From NCBI GenBank assembly GCA_964270895.1, contig OZ185440.1: a DNA stretch of 64,000 nt. One strand, given 5' to 3'. The position numbers and the translations under genes are program-made. Origin of the DNA: Podarcis filfolensis. Lineage: Eukaryota. Each line of letters begins with the position of its first letter. Positions within the stretch are counted from its first letter, which is position 1. The notes below the pieces were generated by a model. It worked only from the letters and a program-made list of their open reading frames with translations. It ran no database searches and was not told the DNA's origin. Below are positions 11,131 through 20,700 of this stretch, one piece after another.

Positions 11131-13053
11131 CTCTATAGATTGCAGTGGAGCTCACCAAAGCCACATCGTAATGACACAACTGATGTGGACTCCCAAGCTT
11201 TTGATACTGACTACAGCAGGAACAGCCCATGTGGTGGCCCCTATGTGTGGACTGCTGCCCTCAGCAAACCCAACCAGCACTGCCAATGGCCCTGGGTGAT
11301 TGATGAGAGTTGCAGTTCACAGCCTCAAGTGAGGGGACCACATTGGCCACCCTTGGAAGACATTTTTCTTCTGGCTTTGCCTAATCACTGATCTGGGGTC
11401 TGGCTTCCTTGCACTTAACTTGAAAACCTTACACTATCTTCAAGAACTCTCCTTTGCCTCTTCTATTCCAGTTTCATTGTACAGGAAATGGGGGTGGCGC
11501 AAGTACATTCTCAGTAATTTTGTTGTACACTATTTTTTTAAAGAAATGAATAGAACAACTAAAAAAAAAGCCCCCAAGCATTGTAAGCAGATGATGATTA
11601 ATGTTACTTATTGGCTACAGTAGCACGCAGTTCTTAAATAAAGATCTTCAAAAAGACTTCAGTGAACATCTCCATTGTGACTTATTTCCAAACGTGTATT
11701 TCTTCTAACCAGAAGTTGGGAATGATTTGAGCAAGAGGTTGGAAGTGTGAGCCAGAAAAAATAAGACAGTGCTGATATCCGCACTAGCTGGACAAAGGAA
11801 GGCAATCAGGGTAAGAGTGGGGGTGGCGTCTTTGTTAAGTTGAAACATAGCCAGCACCCACCCTGGCAAATATACCATCCTGTATTGAAATGTTGGGGAA
11901 ATCTCTGAGATGGCAACCATGGGAAATTGTGCAAATGCATGGAGGATAGATGCACTATGCAAATTTTTTTCAGGGGGTGCAGTACTCCCCTAAATTTCAG
12001 TTATGCCTTCAGGGGTGGAAAGGCGGTTCAAATTGTCTGAACTATGCTGGGAGGGATGGAAGGAGAAGTTTGGTTGGGATTTTAATGCGAACCTACCTGA
12101 TTCACACTTCCCAAAACATCCAAACTAAAGCAAAGCTCCTCTCTGAAATTTGGACTTCTCTGAATTTTGTGTTGGGAGTTTTCCAACCAAAAAACGTGTG
12201 CAAAAATGTGTGTACAGGAGAACCTGTGTATAGAAACACATTAGCTTAGTGAACAATAACATTCAATGCATGCTATTAGGGAAATTTGTTAGCAAATATG
12301 TGTCTATTGTGAGAAATTTGCATGGAAACCATACAGAATTTTCATGAGAAATTAAAAAAACCCTGCAAGCTAATGCTGAAATGTAGTGGGAGCCAATAAG
12401 AAGAAAACATTAGGTTTTTCCCTTTTAAGGTGTCATCGTCTGCATGTCTGGACTACTTAGCTCCCTGTCACACTGAGGCCCACCTGTCATAGAAAGAACC
12501 TGTCATGAATTTGGCCAAGGAACCCACCTTACAGGAATGGAACATCCAGCAGATCCTCAGATATTATTCCCAAGAGAATGTCAACTGCTCACCGAAGGTA
12601 GCTCAGGCAAAGCATGTACTCTTACCACAGAACCCACTAGCTGTTACAGATTCCCAGATTTTGCACTACCTTTTAGAGGTTTTGGCTTCAAACCAGCAGT
12701 TGGGAACCTCAGACTTGAAGGCTCTATCTAGGCCATGCCCCTTGGCAGGCCCCCTCCCCAATGTCGTCCTCAAGTGCTTTTTCCTGCATGGCATATGTCC
12801 ATGAACTCGATACCTCTTGCATTATGGAGAGGTTGGTTTGTTATGTGGGCAAGTGTAGAAACCTCTGGCTTTCTCGTAGCTGGAATGCAGCCTACTGTAA
12901 GAGTCTCATCCTTTGTCCTACCCACTTTCCCCTCTGGCCCCACCCACCATCGTTATGTGGCCCCCTGAACATTGTCTATGAGAAAATGTGGCCTGTGGGC
13001 AGAAAACAGTTTCCCCACACTTAACCTTTTACCATAAAGGCACAGGATGGAAT

Positions 13054-13059
13054 TTTATT
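13054..13059 (-). terminator. TMEM81: Probable TMEM81 polyadenylation signal
   Basis: AATAAA on the minus strand about 143 nt after the stop codon. Confidence 0.6.
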
Positions 13060-13201
13060 ACTCTCTAATAAATCAAATGGAACTATGTTTATGATTAACG
13101 TCACCAAATGATCTTCATAAGCCTGAAGTGATAAGATTAACATAGTGAAATTGTGATGTACAGGAGCAATCTAATATAGCAAGTCTACAAAACAGCACAT
13201 C

Positions 13202-13996
13202 TCATTCCTCATCCAGTTCATCGTTTTCATGGTGGTTGGGGCACAGGACACAGTAGAGAAGGCTGTGCAGCACAGCCCCAAGCACCAAGCCGCTTCCAAT
13301 GCCAACCAGAAACACAAACACAGCCCTCTGGCGCCAAGAGCCCCACCGACCCTGGGCTGGCATGCTGGTGGCGTTCTGTTGGTTATTTTCACTTTCTGAT
13401 TGCTGTTCCAGCGTTAAGGATTTGTCAAAATTCAAATCCACCATGTCGCCGGGGATCACGCGAAGTCCAAAGTAGATTCTCTTGACAACCTTGTAGTTTT
13501 TCATGAACTGCACATCACACCTGTACGTCCCCGCATCGTATTCCTCAGCGGGGTAAAGCTTAATGACAAAGCCAGGATTCTTGAAAGGGGCAAAGAGAGT
13601 ATCGTCTGTTGTGATGATGCCTCGGGCCAGCCTCCATGTGTAGCTGAAGCTCTGGGTGTCAGGACCTATCTCCGCAGTGGTTAGGCAGCTGATCTCGAAT
13701 GGCCTGCCCACCAGGGCGGTGAAGTGCCGCATCCCACAGATCCAACTGTTCAAACAGTCCACCTTCCGTCGTTTGCAGCCTCTCCTTTGCCCATCGGGCC
13801 TAATCTCACATGACTCTTCTTCCTTGTAACCCAGCCCACAGGTGACGCTGCAGCTTGTGGAACTGACTATAACTCTTCCCGAAGCTGTCACCAGGGCTTC
13901 GGGAATGGTCACTGCCACATGAGAAGCCACCGACAGCGGTACAAAGAAAGCAAAGGCTAATGTGCCCAGGGCCAAGCCAGATTCTGTAGCTATCAT
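13202..13996 (-). CDS. TMEM81: Transmembrane protein 81 (sperm Ig-domain type I membrane protein), 264 aa, single coding exon
   Basis: ATG-to-TGA ORF with an N-terminal hydrophobic signal, CSVTCGLG motif, Ig-like domain (CL..WICG, YSWRLARG-type and YRCDVQ motifs), TM helix AVFVFLVGIGSGLVLGAVLHSLLYCVLC and short acidic tail. Syntenic position between CNTN2 and RBBP5. Confidence 0.95.
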   Translation of the reverse strand: MIATESGLALGTLAFAFFVPLSVASHVAVTIPEALVTASGRVIVSSTSCSVTCGLGYKEEESCEIRPDGQRRGCKRRKVDCLNSWICGMRHFTALVGRPFEISCLTTAEIGPDTQSFSYTWRLARGIITTDDTLFAPFKNPGFVIKLYPAEEYDAGTYRCDVQFMKNYKVVKRIYFGLRVIPGDMVDLNFDKSLTLEQQSESENNQQNATSMPAQGRWGSWRQRAVFVFLVGIGSGLVLGAVLHSLLYCVLCPNHHENDELDEE

Positions 13997-14238
13997 ACTT
14001 GGAGAGTCCTTCTACAATCCATTGGGCGGCCTCGTTATATGACCTCCTGAATATCATCCTTTGTTAAAATATCATAAATGTTTCTGTGGTGTGAAACAGA
14101 TGCCTTTTCCTGAACCCGCTCCCCAGCCGTAAGACATTCTCGGAATACAAAAAGCAGCCAGGTGGCATCCTGCCAAGGGAAAGAAACTTATTCAAAAGGT
14201 GAGCAAAGTTAAGCAGGAAGGTGCAATTAGTAGCACAG

Positions 14239-14328
14239 CATAGCTGTCAACTTTTACCTTTTCTTGCGAGGAATCCTATTCGGAATAAGGGAATTTCCCT
14301 TAAAAAAAGGAAAACATTAACAGCTATG
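14239..14328. mobile_element. 90-bp hAT MITE
   Basis: TIR CATAGCTGTCAA / TTAACAGCTATG. Perfect 8-bp TSD TAGCACAG (14231-14238 and 14329-14336). Confidence 0.9.
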
Positions 14329-16173
14329 TAGCACAGTGCTATGCAATGCTTTGTTAAGTCATTCTCTGGGTGGCATGTTCAGGCAGGCACGGCCTCCCTA
14401 GCACAATCATATCACATAAAAAAAGCTTAGCATAATCAACAAATCGGCAGAATTTAGTAAATTAATTATGGCTGCAATCCTAGAGCCCAGAGCTGGGACA
14501 GCTGTAGCCCTCCAAGCTGTTATTGGACTATAATTCCTGTCATCACCAATCTTTCGTTTTACCGGCTGGGCTTATAGGAATTGGAGTCCAGAAACATCTG
14601 GAGAGCCACAGCGACTTCACATCTGCTAATATATGTATTGGATTGCAGCCTCACAGCTTTATGGTACTTCTACCACAGTCCAAAACCAATACTGAGTCAC
14701 TCAAGATCAGGTGCTTCTCTGAAAAATGATAGAAAAAGACAGAAGCAGCACAACAGTAAACAAAAAAAACTTCCTGGATCCCCCAACTGGTATCTCTTTA
14801 CTGCCTTAATACATAATTAGACCATCAGAGCTAAACTTGGGTTTTCTGGCAATGTAAAAAAATATGCATCAGACTTGCCATGACAGCAGTGTTTTCCATT
14901 TTAACATACCAGCCCTAAAGACGGACAAAACCAGGAACCAGTTTCAATGTTACTACTTTACCAATACAGATTTTATGATCTGTGATAGTAGAGGTGTGTA
15001 AAAGGTACTTCAGGAAGAGTAGCAGGAGCACAATTATTGTAGTTCCTAAACAAACTTTCAGCAGAAGTGAACTCCAACAAGAGGCCTGCCCTGGAATTTT
15101 GATTTGAGGTCTCCAGTTTGAAATGTACTATAGTTTTCCGAACATCACAAACCATAGGAAAGTATGACGCTGCTATACACTGAATAAAACTCTTAGTTCA
15201 TTCATTTAGCACACTGCTCTGGCTTGTCAATCGCTCTCTAGTCCTGTCAGCTGAGGCCAGTATGGAAAGAAATGCTCTCCAACTGCACAGATCGCTATAG
15301 CAGACCTGACTGGAGGGGAAGAGGGCATCTGAATAAATGTGGGGGGCGGGGACTCAACTATTGTAGATGCATGATGCCAGAACCAGGATGGAGTTTGATG
15401 ACTACCTTGCACTAACCCCAAATTCTACCAATAATCGTACTCTACCCACCCACTCGTAAATCTGGTACCACAGAAAGCAGGCAAAACAAGAAGCGATACT
15501 TACGCAACAGTGACTTGTGCATTGTGGATTCAAATTGAAAATACTACCAAACTACAAGAAATTACAAAGATTAGTTTTGAATTTGCAGGTAGTTTTAAAT
15601 TTGATGACGAGGAACGTCAGGACTTCATCAGTCAAGCAGTTTACCATTTTTCCAAACTAACCATTAAGAGAGAAGGATCTGAACCTTGCTCAGTGTTCAT
15701 TAATGCCTCTGCGATGCCGGTGCAGTTATCAAATTGTGATGTCACAAACCAGCTGTTCCAACTGTAGCATCATGCCAGCAATGCCAAACCATTACATTCA
15801 TACTGGCATAGTGTATTGTAAAGGTGATATTAAGAAGACTATACTGAACCAGGAAGCTAGCTGGTTTGTCCCTAGGGTTCTAAGAGCAAATTAAAAAAAA
15901 ATACATCAACATCATAATCCTCTGCAGGACGTATAAATAGTGTGTGCATTTATTTATTTTTATTATTTTTGTGACATGTTTTAACTGTTTCTCATTCTGA
16001 ATTAATTCTGGGAGCTGCTGGTGAAGGGCAGGTGATAAATTTATTACTAGCTGAAATAAAATCTGGGTCATGGAAGTTCCTAAAAGACCTGCTCTCCACA
16101 CACAAAAATGGGTGGGGTGGGGTGGAGAGAGAAGGGAAAAACATGATTCATGTGGTTTAATAAAACATACTTC

Positions 16174-16179
16174 TTTATT
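16174..16179 (-). terminator. RBBP5: Probable RBBP5 polyadenylation signal (3' UTR about 1.5 kb)
   Basis: AATAAA on the minus strand, followed by U-rich sequence and an ATTAAA near 16156-16161. Confidence 0.5.
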
Positions 16180-17674
16180 TACAAACACAAATGCTACCAT
16201 CACAGCAGTACTTTATGAATAACTAGCAACCAATCACACTATCTGGCAGGTTTTGTACAAGCTACAGGAATATCAAAATAATTAAAGCAAGCCTGAAAGA
16301 AAACTAAGCGATGGACACTGAAGAAGAGAAACCTGCAAAAGCTGGTTGGAGTCCAGGACACCATATTATGCAGAGCAGTGATTGCTACCCAAGCAGCCTT
16401 CCCATCTTTGGATGGATTGGCAGGTTGAAAGTAGTAGGATTATACAGCGGAAGGCTGCACAGAACACCTGGTGGTTGGGGATGGCATAAGTTATATCATA
16501 CAGTAAAATATATGGGACTTCAAATCAATATTTTGAAGTTAGTTTGCACGTTTTATCTCTGCGTTTCCCAATGCATCCCATGGGCCAATTGAACCTCCTG
16601 CAAGATGCTCATGTATATTCTGGAGATTGGGGAGGTGGGGGGAAAATAAATCTCCTGATTTAGGAGACTGATAAGACTTTGGATAAACAACTACAATGGC
16701 AAGAAATGAAAATGAAGGATGCAAGCTTTTCTAATGCAGGCCCAGCCAAAAACGGAAATCTCTGGATGGCTTAGGATAGCACACAAAGCAGAAACATAAA
16801 TGAATTAAGCAGTATATTCCCATGTTTTGTGTGCAGATTCATCTAAACATTCCCAGGGAGATGCTCATTTGCCTGGCACATCCTCGAGTGGAGAGAAAAC
16901 GAGCGTCTCTTGAGCTGTAGAAGTCCAGCATGGAAACATGCTGAGACGTGTGCCATTCATGCTTTGGCCCGACATCATCCCAACCCTCTTCTTTCTTTCT
17001 AGATATACGTCCACTGTGCCCTCCCTGGTTCTTGCAATCAGTATCCAATCAGTTATAAACCTCTTTGGAGTCATTTGGATTCCAAATGTCTGTTCCAAAC
17101 CTGCAAAAGCAGGCAACTTGTAAGGTAAGTTGTCTTGCTGTATAAAGGGTACCTAAAAATCATGTCTACCAAGTCAATGCAAACCAGTGTGAATAATGCA
17201 GAGGAAATAATGGTGCAAAGAGTAGTTTGCTTAAACTAGCAACACTGCAATAGGAATGTGCTGGGATCCACAGCAGCATGATGGGTCTTCATGGAGACAC
17301 AACAATCATCCTCTTGAGAACTGAATGATGCAACAGAAACTAAAAGACCTTAAACTTGGAGGCAAGCAGGTCTTCTAGTCCTGTGACAGACTTCATTGTA
17401 CTTTGGGGAGCAAATGCAGACTAACCAGCAAAAAGCAGTTCCTTTCCATCAGGTTCTCTACAAATCTTCTTTCCTGAGAGTCAACAGTTTGTTCACTGTT
17501 AGCAGGAAGAGAGGATTGGGGGAAAGCATTTTCCTCTTCCATAATTTGCATTTTCTTCTTTTTTTACTGTCCCCTGTATCCATAGGTAGCCAGGTCACTT
17601 GTCCTGACCATAGTAGCTTAAAGTCAGTCCATTATCTGACTGAATAAGGAAAGGTGAGGAAGGTTGGGAAGTCT

Positions 17675-17703
17675 TCATAATAGCTCTGAAATACCACCAC
17701 CTG
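17675..17703 (-). CDS. RBBP5: RBBP5 exon 14 (coding part, AGGGISELL*)
   Basis: tttcttttag|CA GGT GGT GGT ATT TCA GAG CTA TTA TGA. Confidence 0.92.
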
Positions 17704-20700
17704 CTAAAAGAAACACCAAACCAAAAATCAAATATTTTTGAATATTAAAAAACAACATTTTTAAAAGGACTCTCACAGATACCTGCAGCACCAGAAGCTG
17801 GATTGTACAAGACCACTCCCAAATGACGCAGAGAGGTTAAAGGGGAAGCTTTTGTCCAACATGTTATGATGCTTCATTTCTCTGCTTTTGATTAAAAGTC
17901 TTTAAAAAGGTTTTTTAAAAAGGGATGTCAGAACTGGGTAAGATCTTTGAGAAACTCAGTAATTCCCTGCCACTGGGATTTCTGCAAGCTTACCTGGTTT
18001 AAGTATAGGGAATAAGGAAGTTGTACAGACTTGTGTTGTAGCTAGTAAGCACACTTGCTGTCTGTGAACTCTGCATGGGAAAAGGGAAGGGATTATTGAG
18101 GATGTGGACAGCAGGCAGGCAGTTGAGGCAGGAGCTGTGCGATGATTACAGCTCGGTATCAATTTATTATCCGTGCTCTGTGCAAGGCAAGGAAGCAGCA
18201 CAGTGTTCTGTCCTTTTCTGAGCTGAAATTTTCCAGAGACTAAAAAGCACAAGTTGAAATGTGCTTTTGAACAATGGAGTCTTGATATGGTTACTTACAA
18301 GTACATACCAAGAATAAAGCCATGTTTACAGTTATATCTTTTCCTGAATCAAGATAGTTGTATATAAATATGTTGCATGGCACTTGAGTCTAAGAAGGCT
18401 TTGAACCTCAATAGGAATAGAGCAGTAAGTCAGGGAGGTGCCTAACAGCTCAATCCCTCCTGGGAGTAAATGGCACTTCTGAGTGATTAAAATCATTAGG
18501 TTTGGGATGAGCCACGAGGAGGCATTTTGTGTCTCCTCCAAGATGGAGCCTGGAATTCAAAATGGAACCTCAAACACTAATGTCTGATATGCCTAGTGGC
18601 TTGGACTGCAAGGCTTTCCACACAAACCAACAGAATGAACTTAAATAAACCCTTTTAAATCCTAAAGCAGGAAAGTTCCATAAGGAACTTTTTCTGGCAC
18701 ATTTTACTTAATAATAAGGTGGGTGTCAGTGGATGAGGCATTCAGTATCAAGATTTTTATGTCTGTCTTGACTGAACACCAGCGAATGAAACAAATGACT
18801 GCCACTCTCCCAGCAATGGTCCAAAGGAGGAAGCATATTTTTGCCACAAAACTCAACCCCATGTAGGGATGCCACGACTCTATAATAAAGCAGCCACCTA
18901 GCAGTAAGGACTATGTTTGGATCATGTAGTATTAAAATAAGGGATCTCTTTCTCCCTTACAGTTTTTAAAATAGTATTTTCTTCAACCATTTTTTAAAAG
19001 AAAAACATACCTTCATTCAAATCTGGTGCAGCTGCTTAGAAATCAGAGAGAGATTTCAGAGGCCTGTGGGCTGCCAGTTTGCTACCTCTGCTTCAGAATA
19101 TTACACTTAAGGAAAAGCATGTTACATGGGAGAAAAACCACCACTCAGTGGTAGATCACATGCTTTCCTTGCAAAAAGCCACGGGTTTAATCCATGGTTG
19201 GGCTGCAAAGGACTTCTGCTTAATATCCTGGACAGCCACTGCCAGTCAGCAAGTACAATGCTGAGCTAGGACTAAGGGTTTGATGCACTGTAAGGTAGCT
19301 TCCTATTTTCCCCCAGAAGGTTGTTGAAGACAAGACAAGCATTTTCCTAAGCATTTTTAATTAACAACCAAAAACAGGCCAGAGCTTGACTGTGAAAAGC
19401 AGAGCACCTGCTCTGCAGTTCATGCCTTGAGTGGGTCAACATTTCTGAATACAGGAGTTGTATCTGAGTCTAACAGAGGATACCCCAAAGCACCAATTTG
19501 ACTGTAAGCCCACACCAGGAGGAAAGATGAAATACTGTTCTTCTGGACTAGGCATCCCGTTAACTTGGTTTCTTGCCTCCTCTCACAGGCAGGCATCTAT
19601 TCCTGCATCAGCTTGCATGGTTCTGTAACACTCCCCAAATAAAGTCACAAAGACTTCATAGTTGCAAACTTCTAACCAAATCTAGAAAATTGTGTGTGGA
19701 GTTTTTTTTAAGGATTTGGCAGCTAACTCTGCTCTGTCCAAGTAATATGTTTGCATTGTCAAAAACATGAACAATGAATGGATGGTATCTGACTTCTTCA
19801 GAGAAGACTCATGGAAATCTATGGACTTAAGCTGGCAAATGTTAACTTGCCCATTCATTTTGATGGGCCTGTTTCAAGTATGATTTAGTCAGATACCCAT
19901 ACTTTTTAACATGGTGGCTCTCCTGCATATACCTACTATAGTTTAAGATTTCAGAAAATGTGTAGCATGGTGCCATTTGATCTCAATCTCATTTCTGCAA
20001 AACTTCAAGGGTACCTTTTGGCGGGGAGGGGATGTCTTACAAGAAGTTGTCCCACTGAGTACTTACTAAAACAGTTTTGTTGAGAAGCTACAGAACAAAC
20101 ATAAGTTAGCAGGAAAACAACAAAGCAAACAGATTTCTGCTTTGGAAAGCTGCCACATTTCGTTCATTGCATCACTTGTAAGCAATAACTCAATGAATTT
20201 ATTAATACTACAAAAGCAACTTAACAGGAGCAGAGCAGGAAGGACAATGAGCAAGCTGGGTAACACAGGACCAGCAGTGAGGGAAAGAAAGGGTTAAAAA
20301 AATAGCTGTTCTGGAGATTATAAAAAAAAATCACAGCAATAGCTGCTGAACTTCAAGGACATACAAAATTTTGCACATACATATCACATCTGAATCCCTA
20401 TTACGTGTAACAATTTTTATATAAGATATGATCAAAAGTCACTTCCTGTTCCTTGCAAAACCCACTTTCTCCTGCCTCCTTGAACTTTGTCAAACTGGGC
20501 AGAAAGCAGCTTTCCCAAATTTACACACAATTAGAGGAGTAAAATATGGGCATTGATCACCTGCATAGCACTGAAGTAACGGTATGTAGAACTCTCGCAT
20601 TCAACTTACTGCCAGTATTATTGAACTTGCTTAGATAAAATACATAGAGCCAGTTTTAAAACTCTTGGTAGCAACCTTCCAACGAGCAAGCAACTGTCCA

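Noticed and set aside
12505-12804. 99-aa ATG ORF with a PTLQEW motif reminiscent of L1/Tx1 ORF2 C-termini
   Set aside because: Similarity is a few residues only and cannot be supported without a search. At most a decayed LINE remnant.
15510-15767. 85-aa protein-like ORF antisense to the putative TMEM81 promoter
   Set aside because: GTG start, no homology recognised, no supporting exon chain
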